A stretch of 26,984 bases of DNA from a virus (IMGVR_UViG_3300020045_016803:1-26984); one strand, 5' to 3'. Positions 15,143-24,148 are shown, counted from the stretch's first letter. Numbers and translations: made by a program. The notes: generated from the sequence alone by a model not told the origin.

Positions 15143-17947
15143 ATGATCCACGCCGACACTGTACAGGCCATCCGAGAACAGGCCAGAATTGAGGACGTTG
15201 TAGGGAAGTTTGTTACCCTCAAAAAAAAGGGCGCAAACCTGACGGCATGCTGTCCGTTTCACACAGAAAAAACGCCATCGTTTGCCGTCAACCCGGCCCG
15301 AAATATTTTTAAGTGCTTCGGCTGCGGGGAGGGTGGCGACAGCATTACTTTCCTAATGAAGCAAGGCAAAACCTACCCGGACGCCTTGCGATACCTGGCC
15401 GACCTGTACCGAATCGAGGTACGCGAAAACGGCCAAACTCCCGACCCAAAACACGACGAAAAAACCCAACTGCGCACCACTGCATCCGTGCTGACGGCGC
15501 ACTGGTGTATCAGTGAGGTGGACGACAATCCAGGGCGGCGCTACTGGCTGGACCGGGGTTTCAAAGAGGAAACCCTGGACACGTTCCAGGTGGGCTACTG
15601 CGACGGCAAGAAGCCCGCCCACGTCACCGACGAACAACTGGAAGCCGTGGGCGCCATCAACGAAAAGGGCAATATGTCCATGTGGAAGCGCTCCATAATA
15701 CCGCTGCACGACCGCAGCGGCCACCCGGTAGGGTGGGCAGGGCGCACCGTGGAAAGTGGCAAGGACGTGCCCAAGTACATCAACAGCCCGGAAACGATCA
15801 TTTACCAGAAAAGCCGCACGCTGTTCAATGTGCACCGAGCCGCGCCGCACATACGCCGAACGGGCCAAATTTGGATTGTAGAGGGCTACGCCGACGTAAT
15901 GGCACTTTGGCAGGTAGGCGTCTGCAATGCCGTGGCCCTGTGCGGTACCGGCCTCACAGACGAGCACGCCGCCGAAATCAAGAAATTCAACGGAGACCGG
16001 AACCTGACAATCATTTTGGCTCTCGACAACGAGACGCGCAAAAGCGACGACACCTACAAAAAGGCCGTGGCTTATGCCTGGGCAAAGGCACTGCAAAAAC
16101 TGGTGCCCATCGGCGAAGTTAAGCGAGTAGAATACCCGAAGGCCTGCAAGGATATGGCCGACGTGGTAAACCGTGGCATTGATCCGGCCACACTGGAAAA
16201 AACCGACGCCATACAGTCATACGTGGCCGACTGGAAGGCCGACAACGAGAACGCAAGCCCGGTACAAATAGCCGAATTTCAGGACGAAGTGGCCACCATG
16301 CTGGCCAACGTGAAGCGCGACAACGTGCGCACGATATACTGCAACACCCTTGCCGGCGTGCTTTCAATGTCGCCGCGCGACCTTGACAAACGGGTGAAGG
16401 AACTACGCACCGAGCGCGAAACAGAGGAAGAAAACAAGCGGGTGAGCGAGTACCGGTACATCAAGGTAGGAGACGACTACTACCAACGCCTCATCGAATA
16501 CGACATTTTCACCAAGAGCACCACACCGGTGTACAAACGCCGGAAACGGCAGGAATTGGCCACCGAGGGCGTGGCCATAGGGAGCATCGAGAGGTTCAAT
16601 GACTGGATCATAGAACCAAGCCACTTGCAATACAGGCGCACTATTGAAATACCACACGGCGGCGAAACTTACCGGTTTTTCAACTACTACCAACCGCTCC
16701 CGTACACGCCAAAGGCATTTGATTTGCCCGAAGCATTTTATCGCGATCCGGTAAACTTCGATTATGAAAAAATACCGGAAATTGCCAACATTGCCCGGTT
16801 TTTCAAACACATCTTCGACTTTGAAACGTACCGAAACCGGTACCTTACAATTGGCTGGGATTGGGTGGCGCTATGCTACCTGCAACCAACCCAGCGCATG
16901 CAGGCGCTTGCGCTTGTCAGCAGTGAGGAAGGCACCGGGAAAAGTACCTTTATCAACCTCATGCTGGCACTGTTTGGCCAAAACGCCACCAAGACCGAGG
17001 CAAGCCGGATTGCGTCCAACTTTAATGCCATGAGTGCCGGCAAGGTGCTGCAATGCGTGGAGGAAACGAAAGACGAAAAAGGCGGCATCGAGAACCGCCT
17101 TAAAGACCTGATTACGGCCTACGAGCAGGTAATGGAAGCCAAACACCAGGACGCGAAGGTGGTAAAGGCTTTTTGCAAGTACGTGTTTGCCTCAAATCAC
17201 GAGGAAGGATTTATGAAGGTAGGCAGCGCCACCACTCGTTTTTTTGTGATGAAGGTTAAGCCAATCCGGCAAAAAATTACCGACTTTGAGGAAAAAATGT
17301 ACTTAGAAATACCGTATTTGCTCCATTTCCTGCAAAAAAGGGGAGTTATCACACAAAAGTCGGATCGGCTGTATTTTGACCCGAAACTATTGGAAAACGA
17401 GGCGCTACTGAAACTGCGGCAGGCCTCAAAAGACCAGGTACAGCAGGTCATGGAGGAATTATTTAGCGCGTTGTTCCTGCGCTGCGAAATCACGGACCCT
17501 GTTCTGAACTTGAGCAGCCAATATTTAAAACTACTCATGTGCGCCTACGGCGGCAAGTCCTACGAGCAGAAAACGCCCGTGTACTTCCAGAACACCGCCA
17601 CCAGAGATATGAAACTGACCTACCGAGAGGCTCCCAGCAAACGCGATACCCTGGAACTGGAGGGCATCCACTCCGATGCCTGGATAAACGCCGACAGTTG
17701 GACGTACAACCGGCGCCGCACGCAGGCCCGTTTCATCGAGGTTCCAGTGTGGATGTTTTGCACACCGCAGGACGTAGCCGCCAACTACTCCGCAAAAACA
17801 TTTGCCGACCTGATACTGAACCTGAAAACCAACCTGGAAAAACTGATACAGGACTACGGGGTGGCGCCATCCGATTGGCTCTATAACCTGGAACAATTCA
17901 CCACAAACACCCAGCCCGAAGGGGAGGGGGAAAAACTGCCTTTTTAG
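15143..17947 (+). CDS. DnaG-type primase fused to SF3/D5-like helicase
   Basis: CHC2 Zn finger (CPFH..KTPSF...CFGC), KYINSPET, TOPRIM IVEGYAD/LALDN/KDMAD; Walker A EGTGKST, Walker B CVEE, motif C FASN. Confidence 0.93.
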   Translation: MIHADTVQAIREQARIEDVVGKFVTLKKKGANLTACCPFHTEKTPSFAVNPARNIFKCFGCGEGGDSITFLMKQGKTYPDALRYLADLYRIEVRENGQTPDPKHDEKTQLRTTASVLTAHWCISEVDDNPGRRYWLDRGFKEETLDTFQVGYCDGKKPAHVTDEQLEAVGAINEKGNMSMWKRSIIPLHDRSGHPVGWAGRTVESGKDVPKYINSPETIIYQKSRTLFNVHRAAPHIRRTGQIWIVEGYADVMALWQVGVCNAVALCGTGLTDEHAAEIKKFNGDRNLTIILALDNETRKSDDTYKKAVAYAWAKALQKLVPIGEVKRVEYPKACKDMADVVNRGIDPATLEKTDAIQSYVADWKADNENASPVQIAEFQDEVATMLANVKRDNVRTIYCNTLAGVLSMSPRDLDKRVKELRTERETEEENKRVSEYRYIKVGDDYYQRLIEYDIFTKSTTPVYKRRKRQELATEGVAIGSIERFNDWIIEPSHLQYRRTIEIPHGGETYRFFNYYQPLPYTPKAFDLPEAFYRDPVNFDYEKIPEIANIARFFKHIFDFETYRNRYLTIGWDWVALCYLQPTQRMQALALVSSEEGTGKSTFINLMLALFGQNATKTEASRIASNFNAMSAGKVLQCVEETKDEKGGIENRLKDLITAYEQVMEAKHQDAKVVKAFCKYVFASNHEEGFMKVGSATTRFFVMKVKPIRQKITDFEEKMYLEIPYLLHFLQKRGVITQKSDRLYFDPKLLENEALLKLRQASKDQVQQVMEELFSALFLRCEITDPVLNLSSQYLKLLMCAYGGKSYEQKTPVYFQNTATRDMKLTYREAPSKRDTLELEGIHSDAWINADSWTYNRRRTQARFIEVPVWMFCTPQDVAANYSAKTFADLILNLKTNLEKLIQDYGVAPSDWLYNLEQFTTNTQPEGEGEKLPF

Positions 17948-17949
17948 CC

Positions 17950-18495
17950 ATGCCAATACTTGATCTTTTGCACAAATCCCGCTACGCGCCACCGGCCACC
18001 ACCGCAGCCCGCCGCGACGAGTGCTCCAAATGCCCGCAGCGCACGCGCCTGGGCCGCTGCCTGCAATGCGGCTGCTTTACCAACCTGAAAACCAAACTGG
18101 CCACCGAGGCCTGCCCGATAGGCAAGTGGGCAGCCGTGGCCATGCTGCTGCTGCTGCTGCATGCCGGTGTGGTGGGGCAATCATTCACCGCGCCTTTTTC
18201 CATAGTCACGTCCGACAATGGCGTGGACATTTACCACGTGCCGGTGGCCATACACATCACCGCCGACGAAATACTGATAGGCAAAAAATGCTCCGATATG
18301 GACGTGCTGTTTGCCCACATACTGGAGCGAAAATTTAGTTTCGACGGCAAAACCATCACCTACACCACCGAACAGGGAACCGTCACACACGCCATTGATG
18401 GAAATTGCCAGTCGGTGACATGGGAGGTGGGCACGTTCACGTGGCGGCTGTATTCCAATCTGCCCGAGTGGGTACAGGTACAAAACAAGCCATGA
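17950..18495 (+). CDS. Cys-rich Zn-finger domain fused to hydrophobic segment and beta domain
   Basis: CSKC...CLQCGCF..LKTKL...CPIGKW then AAVAMLLLLLHAGVVGQ. Confidence 0.7.
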   Translation: MPILDLLHKSRYAPPATTAARRDECSKCPQRTRLGRCLQCGCFTNLKTKLATEACPIGKWAAVAMLLLLLHAGVVGQSFTAPFSIVTSDNGVDIYHVPVAIHITADEILIGKKCSDMDVLFAHILERKFSFDGKTITYTTEQGTVTHAIDGNCQSVTWEVGTFTWRLYSNLPEWVQVQNKP

Positions 18496-19184
18496 AACTG
18501 AAACTGTTAGACTTGTATTCCTGCGCCGGAATTGGCGCCATTGGCTACCACCAGGCAGGTTTTGAGGTAGTTGGGGTGGACATAAATCCGCAACCGCGTT
18601 ACCCATTTAAGCACATACAGGCAAACGCTTTGGATATTTTGAACGATGCCAAATTTTGCAGAAAATTTGATTTTATCCATGCTAGCCCACCATGCCAGCG
18701 GTACAGCAAAAGCACCGGCATGTTTAGGGCTTCTGGGAAGTGGTACCCCGATTTAGTACAACCAACTCGGGATGCCTTGGAACGTATTGGAGTACCGTAT
18801 GTGATTGAAAACGTACCGGGTGCTCCGGTTAGGCCCGATATTGTTTTGCACGGCTGGATGTTCGGCCTAAAAGTGATGCGGAAACGTATTTTTGAAATGG
18901 GCGGTTGGTGGATGATGCAGCCAGGTATTACTAAGCGGGTAGGCTCTGTGAAAGAGGGGGATTTTTGCACCATCATAGGTAAACAAGGCTACCGGAAATA
19001 CAAGGGGCTGCCAAAGAACTGGAGGCCAAAGTTTGACCATGGCACCGGCATAAAAACGTGGGCTTTTGCGATGGGAATACCGCCCACATTTGGCCCGTTC
19101 AAAGACGTAGAAATTTCGGAATCTATACCACCGGCATACACTCGATTTATCGGAGAAACTTTTTTACTTCAAACAAAAAAATGA
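18492..19184 (+). CDS. DNA (cytosine-5) methyltransferase, orphan
   Basis: LDLYSCAGIG (motif I variant), SPPCQ (IV), IENV (VI), RKRIF (VIII). Confidence 0.88.
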   Translation: MKLKLLDLYSCAGIGAIGYHQAGFEVVGVDINPQPRYPFKHIQANALDILNDAKFCRKFDFIHASPPCQRYSKSTGMFRASGKWYPDLVQPTRDALERIGVPYVIENVPGAPVRPDIVLHGWMFGLKVMRKRIFEMGGWWMMQPGITKRVGSVKEGDFCTIIGKQGYRKYKGLPKNWRPKFDHGTGIKTWAFAMGIPPTFGPFKDVEISESIPPAYTRFIGETFLLQTKK

Positions 19185-19185
19185 T

Positions 19186-19902
19186 ATGGGCTACGTCTAC
19201 CAACACCCTGACTTTGGGCTGGGCAATTTTATCAACCTGACACCCGCTATTGCGTGGCTGCATCATACGCAGCGGGAGCGGGTACCGGTTTATTTCAGCA
19301 CCGAATACGTGCGCCAATGCTTTTTGGATTGGAAAGCAATAGAAATACTCGACCAAAAGCCGGACAATGATCCGCTGTTTGGCTCCAACCTGGTAAACCC
19401 GCACAACGATCAACCAGACTACAAGTATGTGTTTGAACATATTACCGGCCAAGACTGGCACCCGGATTGGCATACATACGTGGATAATCCGGCGCTGACC
19501 AAGTTGGAAAAAATAGCATTCTCCAATACGGAACCGTTCATCGTTGTAATTTGCGGGAGCGGAAGCGATTCCCCAAATTATTTTGCATTAAAAGACCCAG
19601 GGGAGGAAGAATATTGGAATATGGTCTATGAAATTTCGAAGGGATTAAACATTTATGCCGTTGGTTCCGGTGCCGATGCCGCCCGCTCGCCGTGGCTTAA
19701 TTTTATGTCAGATGAGTGCTTTTTTGGAGACATACGGACAGCGCTAAAAATAATTTATGCAAGCAAATTGGTAATTTCAAATGACTGCGGACTGGCACAC
19801 GCCGCTGGGGCGATGAATAAACCCCTAACAATCCTTTGGAAGGACACGCCCAGGGAACGGTGCAAAAATGCCGGGGTGAATACGAAATATTTGTACCTAT
19901 AA
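19186..19902 (+). CDS. GT9-like (heptosyltransferase-type) glycosyltransferase
   Basis: GLGNFINLTPAI and ISNDCGLAHAAGAMNKPLTIL. Confidence 0.82.
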   Translation: MGYVYQHPDFGLGNFINLTPAIAWLHHTQRERVPVYFSTEYVRQCFLDWKAIEILDQKPDNDPLFGSNLVNPHNDQPDYKYVFEHITGQDWHPDWHTYVDNPALTKLEKIAFSNTEPFIVVICGSGSDSPNYFALKDPGEEEYWNMVYEISKGLNIYAVGSGADAARSPWLNFMSDECFFGDIRTALKIIYASKLVISNDCGLAHAAGAMNKPLTILWKDTPRERCKNAGVNTKYLYL

Positions 19903-19916
19903 ATGAAAAGAAGAAA

Positions 19917-20129
19917 ATGAAAAAAGCACTACAAACACACGGATTTGTCTTGTACCACAAACCGACTGGCAGTATTTGGCCGGAAACATTTTCTCCTGAT
20001 AAAAACCTTTGTAAGGCATACGCAGTGGAAATGTGGGCATTGATGGGAGAAATGAAAAAAGATAATCCAGGTTGGAAAATAGTTCGGGCCGATAGGCTGG
20101 TATTAATTGATTTTAAATACATTGATTAG
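19917..20129 (+). CDS. Hypothetical protein (70 aa, AT-rich)
   Basis: ATG after A-rich leader; last gene before terminators. Confidence 0.55.
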   Translation: MKKALQTHGFVLYHKPTGSIWPETFSPDKNLCKAYAVEMWALMGEMKKDNPGWKIVRADRLVLIDFKYID

Positions 20130-20183
20130 GAAAAACACCTATTTTTGTACTTCGTTTTCATTTGGTTTTTTGGGGTTTATGGG

Positions 20184-20216
20184 CCGGCTTGCTGCATAGC
20201 GAGCCGGTTTTTTTTT
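20184..20216 (+). terminator. Rho-independent terminator
   Basis: CCGGCTTGCT-gcat-AGCGAGCCGG-T9. Confidence 0.85.
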
Positions 20217-20241
20217 GTTGCTCAGGCAGGGTAGGGGAATG

Positions 20242-20278
20242 GCCCCGATGCGGTTTTTCCACGTCGGGGCATTTTTTT
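20242..20278 (+). terminator. Second tandem terminator
   Basis: GCCCCGATG...CGTCGGGGC-A-T7. Confidence 0.7.
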
Positions 20279-20346
20279 CAACAAACAGCCCGTAAAAGAA
20301 CTGTTTTCAAAAACAGAACATTAAAATTATTTTTTTTTGACAAAAC

Positions 20347-20636
20347 AAGTGTATAAGTGTAGTTTTAAGGTACTTTTAAAAGTAAATAATTAAATATCAA
20401 TACTTTATCTAACTACACTTTATACTACACTTTAAACAAAAGTAAAATGCAAAGTGTAGTACAAAGTGTAGCACATTTTGGCAGTTTGAGTTACAGGTGC
20501 CCAGGCAACTACACTTTGGCGTGCTACACTTTGAAACGAACTACACTTTGGTTGTTCAAAGTGTAGTTTCTCGCAAGGTTTTGCACGTCAATTGATTAAG
20601 ATGCCAAAAAAGGCAAAAACTACACTACTACACTTT
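20347..20636. repeat. Iteron-like repeat cluster, probable replication origin
   Basis: CTACACTT(T) forward at 20413, 20425, 20509, 20524, 20541, 20628 and reverse at 20355, 20452, 20464, 20559, plus partial copies; AT-rich, non-coding. Confidence 0.8.
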
Positions 20637-20773
20637 GTTTTGGAAAAATTTGAGTTTTGGAAAATTTCTGAAACACACTTTTCAACAAATTGGAAAAAAC
20701 CGCGTATATTTGTAACCTGTTCTCATAGGCTACCGCTGGAATAGCGGCTACAAGTGTTACTTACCGAAGCTAT

Positions 20774-20806
20774 AAGGGCACCCAAAAGCGGGTGCCCTTT
20801 TTTTTT
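20774..20806 (+). terminator. Rho-independent terminator
   Basis: AAGGGCACCC-aaaagc-GGGTGCCCTT-T7. Confidence 0.85.
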
Positions 20807-20957
20807 CGGCATTAATTCCATTTGGATTTTTTGGGCCTGTTTTTTGCTTTAAAAAATACAAATAGGAATACCTTTACAGCCAACAGGTATTTCCCTTTCC
20901 AATTTGGCCTAAATCGGCCACCGTTCACACAGTCTTAAACCACTATTCTGGCAGTTT

Positions 20958-21182
20958 ATGGCTATTTGTCCCGATGGGTGCATAAGTAAAAAGTGGGTGT
21001 TTTTCGTGCTGCGGCCCGGATGCACTACCTACCGCGCCGACGTGTTGCGCCAATTTTTCACACAGCAACGTTTGGAGCGCTGCGGTATCCAGCCCGACGA
21101 GTTTCCCCGCATTCGGGTTTTTAGCCCGGAGGCCTCATCGGCAATCAAAAACGACCTTAGACAACTCAACTTTGTAGAATGA
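20958..21182 (+). CDS. Hypothetical protein (74 aa)
   Basis: Stop overlaps next start (ATGA). Confidence 0.5.
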   Translation: MAICPDGCISKKWVFFVLRPGCTTYRADVLRQFFTQQRLERCGIQPDEFPRIRVFSPEASSAIKNDLRQLNFVE

Positions 21183-22168
21183 GGAAAATACGCATTTTGG
21201 TAGCCAACGCCCCCGAGGAAATAGGGGGCGTCACAGCGTGGCGCATGTTCTGGCCGCTGCGCCATCTGGCCCACAAATACCACGACCTGGTGGAAATTCA
21301 GTACAGCCGTGGCCAAATATTCCCGTTCGAGTTTTACCAAACAGATATTTTGCTTTGCTACCGGCCAAGCGAGCCGGCACACCTGGCCGTCATGCAGCAA
21401 GCCAAAACGGTGGGCTGTAAAATCGTGTGTGACTACGACGACGACTACCTCAACCTTGCCGTGGGCCATCCTGCCTACTGGAGCCTCGGCACGCGCAAGC
21501 ACATCATACAGCAAGCCCTGGAACTTACAGATTTGCTTTGGGTGAGTACCGAAGCCCTGGCACAGGTGTACAAGCACGCCAACACCCTGGTGCTGCCCAA
21601 CGCCATGCTGCCCGAAGATTTGCAAGACCATCCCGCTGACTGGCGCAAAAAAACCTTTGTGTGGGCCGGATCTGATGCACACCGGGAAGACGTGGACGTG
21701 TATGTGGAAACCTACCGCGCACTGCTGCGCCGGGCCGACCGCTTTGTATGGATCAATTTCATGCCCACCTGGGCCGTGTCCGTATCGGCAGAAAAAAATA
21801 CCCGGGTGGATTTGCAGCCGTGGGTACACACCGAAAAGTACCTTGATTGGATGCGCCTAAACGACGTGACGGCCATTTGGAAGCCGCTCCTTACAAACCA
21901 ATTCAACCGGGGCAAAACAAACATTGCCTGGATGGTGGCCACGGCCTGCGGCGCTATCTGTATCACCAACCAGGCCGGGCAGCCGGGTTGGGAGTTTGCC
22001 CTAAAAGAGCTGCCCAAGACCTACGAGCATTTCAGCCAGCAATGGCAGGAAAGCCGCGACTACCTCGTGGCCAAATACAACCTGGAAGCCTGGAACGAAA
22101 CCCGCTTGCATTCACTTCTTAAACTGGCCAACCATGAGCACCCGACCATTGCAGCCACTACCGCCTGA
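21179..22168 (+). CDS. Putative GT-B fold glycosyltransferase
   Basis: WRMFWPL, KIVCDYDDD, DLLWVSTEAL, VLPNAM, FVWAGSDAH, FNRGKTNI: the pattern of phage GT4-like enzymes. Confidence 0.72.
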   Translation: MRKIRILVANAPEEIGGVTAWRMFWPLRHLAHKYHDLVEIQYSRGQIFPFEFYQTDILLCYRPSEPAHLAVMQQAKTVGCKIVCDYDDDYLNLAVGHPAYWSLGTRKHIIQQALELTDLLWVSTEALAQVYKHANTLVLPNAMLPEDLQDHPADWRKKTFVWAGSDAHREDVDVYVETYRALLRRADRFVWINFMPTWAVSVSAEKNTRVDLQPWVHTEKYLDWMRLNDVTAIWKPLLTNQFNRGKTNIAWMVATACGAICITNQAGQPGWEFALKELPKTYEHFSQQWQESRDYLVAKYNLEAWNETRLHSLLKLANHEHPTIAATTA

Positions 22169-22286
22169 CCGTGGCCGCATACACACGCCGCTGCTGCTGC
22201 TGTTCTTCTTCCTTTCGCTAATCGTGCTGGGCATCGGCACCGGCATTTTCTTTTTCATCGTATGGGCGAGCGGGGCACTAAACTGA
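22134..22286 (+). CDS. 50-aa single-TM protein (not in ORF track)
   Basis: LLLLFFFLSLIVLGIGTGIFFFIVW; overlaps both neighbours. Confidence 0.55.
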   Translation: MSTRPLQPLPPDRGRIHTPLLLLFFFLSLIVLGIGTGIFFFIVWASGALN

Positions 22287-22465
22287 TTTGCAAACTTGGG
22301 CTGCATCATTGGGTGTACAGTTGGAAGCCCATCCGCCTGAACACCGGCGGCTCGGTGGTGGTGCTGTACCGAGAATGCAAAGAATGTGGCGACAAACAGC
22401 GCTACCGCGTGGATCAGAACACGCCCGAAGGAAACCCGATCTGGAGAAAAATAAACACGGCCTGA
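22262..22465 (+). CDS. Small Zn-ribbon protein (DUF1660-like)
   Basis: LICKLGLHHW...RECKECG. Confidence 0.6.
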   Translation: MGERGTKLICKLGLHHWVYSWKPIRLNTGGSVVVLYRECKECGDKQRYRVDQNTPEGNPIWRKINTA

Positions 22466-22468
22466 ACC

Positions 22469-23053
22469 ATGCTAACCGTACTCACCCGAACAAGCGGGCG
22501 CCCAAACTTCTTTCGCCGCTGCCGCCAAAGTGTAATGCAGCAGACTTCCAGGGCTTACCACATTGTGAGCCTCGACAACCCCGCCGACACCTACGCCCAC
22601 GGCGACGTGCTGGTGAAGGTGTGCCGCGACAACACCGCCGGCGCACGCCCAGAAAACGCCTACTTCAACGCCATGAGGCGCCGCGTACCGCCGTCATTCC
22701 CATATGTGATGTTCTTGGACGACGACGACGAATTTACCAGCCCGGAGGCCGTGGCGGCGATCTGCCGGTACCTGACACCCGACCGCCTGGTGTTGTGGAA
22801 GGTGGATATGGGCAACGGCCTACTGCTGCCTGAAGATAACTATTGGGGAGGCCCACCGCAGCCCGCGCACATTTCCGGCATTGGCTTCGCATTCCATGTG
22901 CAGCACTGGCACGACTGGATACCCGAACACTTTGGCGACTACCATGTGGCGCACCAACTGTACCGGCACCTTTCGCCGGTGTGGCTGCCGCATGTGCTTA
23001 CGCGCATGCAAGCAAGCCACGGCATGGGACAGCGGGGGGATAGGGTGGACTGA
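22469..23053 (+). CDS. GT2-like (GT-A fold) glycosyltransferase
   Basis: LTVLTRTSGRP, SVMQQT, YVMFLDDDD (DxD). Confidence 0.8.
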   Translation: MLTVLTRTSGRPNFFRRCRQSVMQQTSRAYHIVSLDNPADTYAHGDVLVKVCRDNTAGARPENAYFNAMRRRVPPSFPYVMFLDDDDEFTSPEAVAAICRYLTPDRLVLWKVDMGNGLLLPEDNYWGGPPQPAHISGIGFAFHVQHWHDWIPEHFGDYHVAHQLYRHLSPVWLPHVLTRMQASHGMGQRGDRVD

Positions 23054-23067
23054 ACGACAAATAAGTA

Positions 23068-23075
23068 TAAATTTG
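23068..23075 (+). promoter_or_regulatory. -7 promoter element giving a leaderless mRNA
   Basis: TAAATTTG-tggc-ATG(23080). Confidence 0.55.
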
Positions 23076-23079
23076 TGGC

Positions 23080-23436
23080 ATGAAAACAGCATTCGATTAC
23101 CGGAAAGAAGTAAAACAAAATCCTGTTGTACAATTTGATACCATCGAAAAATTGATGGATGAAATAGACGCCTTCCAACAGGATTTTGATTTTATTGTAG
23201 TAACAGATATTTCCAGTGATGCCGTACAGCATCTAATGTACAAAGGATTTTTTGATGTTTCGTGTCAATCAAAGTATCAGTGTACGGTTAGATGGAGAGG
23301 ACACACGAAATGGGTGGCATTTGAAAACGAAACCCCTGTTTTTGCAACTAATCAGGGAAGTTGGTGCTATTATCCGCCAACCTATGCTTTGGGTGCCGAA
23401 AAAACATATTCGGATTGGCGAAAAGTGCATTTTTGA
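23080..23436 (+). CDS. Hypothetical protein (118 aa, AT-rich, moron-like)
   Basis: Own promoter and downstream terminator. Confidence 0.7.
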   Translation: MKTAFDYRKEVKQNPVVQFDTIEKLMDEIDAFQQDFDFIVVTDISSDAVQHLMYKGFFDVSCQSKYQCTVRWRGHTKWVAFENETPVFATNQGSWCYYPPTYALGAEKTYSDWRKVHF

Positions 23437-23438
23437 AA

Positions 23439-23479
23439 CAACAAACCCCGCCCGGATCACGTCCGAGCGGGGTTTGTTG
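23439..23479. terminator. Bidirectional terminator
   Basis: CAACAAACCCCGCCCGGA-tcacg-TCCGAGCGGGGTTTGTTG between convergent genes. Confidence 0.8.
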
Positions 23480-23522
23480 CCGGTGTGCAGATAGGTTGCA
23501 CACATCGGGCGTATGGGGCCGG

Positions 23523-23942
23523 TCAGTACCCGGCAAATTTGTTGTAGGTAGACACGGCTTTTTTCTGATTTGCGCCCGACGATATGGAAGCGATAAGCGC
23601 ACCCGTGTACAAGCCTGCTGCCGTTATGTAGGCCGCCGCGCCGGTAGTGCTTTCGGTAGTGGTGGCCCCTACCAGGGTAGCGATAGCGCCGCCCAATGTC
23701 AATATTAGGCCGATAGTGGCGTTGCTTTCCGATTTGCGCCACTGGTGGTATGCTTCTGGGTTGGCTTTTTCGAGATGCAGCCGCACGTCTTTTGCGGACA
23801 CGTCCTTGTCACCAAGTTCGTATTCCGTGGATAGGAATCCACTGTTTACCCGTAGTTTTGGCCACTTGGTAGTGGTGTCCTGGGCGTGTGCGATACCGGC
23901 ACAACCGGCCAGCAGAAACAGAAGTAAAGCCATTTTTTTCAT
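23523..23942 (-). CDS. Exported membrane protein (signal peptide + 2 TM)
   Basis: MKKMALLLFLLAGCAGIAHA|Q; two Gly/Ala-rich TMs; own minus-strand promoter. Confidence 0.8.
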   Translation of the reverse strand: MKKMALLLFLLAGCAGIAHAQDTTTKWPKLRVNSGFLSTEYELGDKDVSAKDVRLHLEKANPEAYHQWRKSESNATIGLILTLGGAIATLVGATTTESTTGAAAYITAAGLYTGALIASISSGANQKKAVSTYNKFAGY

Positions 23943-23981
23943 CTAATAAAAATTTTTGAGTGTGAATGTGTAATTTGTGAG

Positions 23982-24000
23982 CAAATGTAATGTATATTTG
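23982..24000. promoter_or_regulatory. Back-to-back -7 promoter elements
   Basis: Minus TACATTTG (23989-23982) and plus TATATTTG (23993-24000). Confidence 0.65.
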
Positions 24001-24004
24001 TTCT

Positions 24005-24142
24005 GACAACTTTCAGTAAATCGGAAAAAAGTTTCCGACTTTCATTTCTTGAATCACGATACGCCACGCGATTGGCTCCCACGGGTCTTTACTTACCTAA
24101 CCGGTTTGCTGAAGGTTGTCCCCCGTGGGTTATTTTATTTTC
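24005..24142 (+). ncRNA. Structured 5' leader of the cassette operon
   Basis: 24005-24024 pairs with 24101-24120 over 20 bp (3 G-U pairs); alternative stem 24078-24085/24122-24129 followed by a U-rich tract. Confidence 0.55.
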
Positions 24143-24148
24143 AATACT

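Noticed and set aside
16925-16950. Walker A motif as evidence of a packaging ATPase
   Set aside because: It is internal to the primase fusion and has SF3-type spacing
20347-20636. CRISPR array
   Set aside because: Repeats are 8-10 bp, in both orientations and irregularly spaced; no cas genes
24095-24135. ACCTAAC...GTTATTT as an additional attC-like site
   Set aside because: About 25 bp shorter than the five sites and lacks an internal hairpin; better explained by the leader RNA structure
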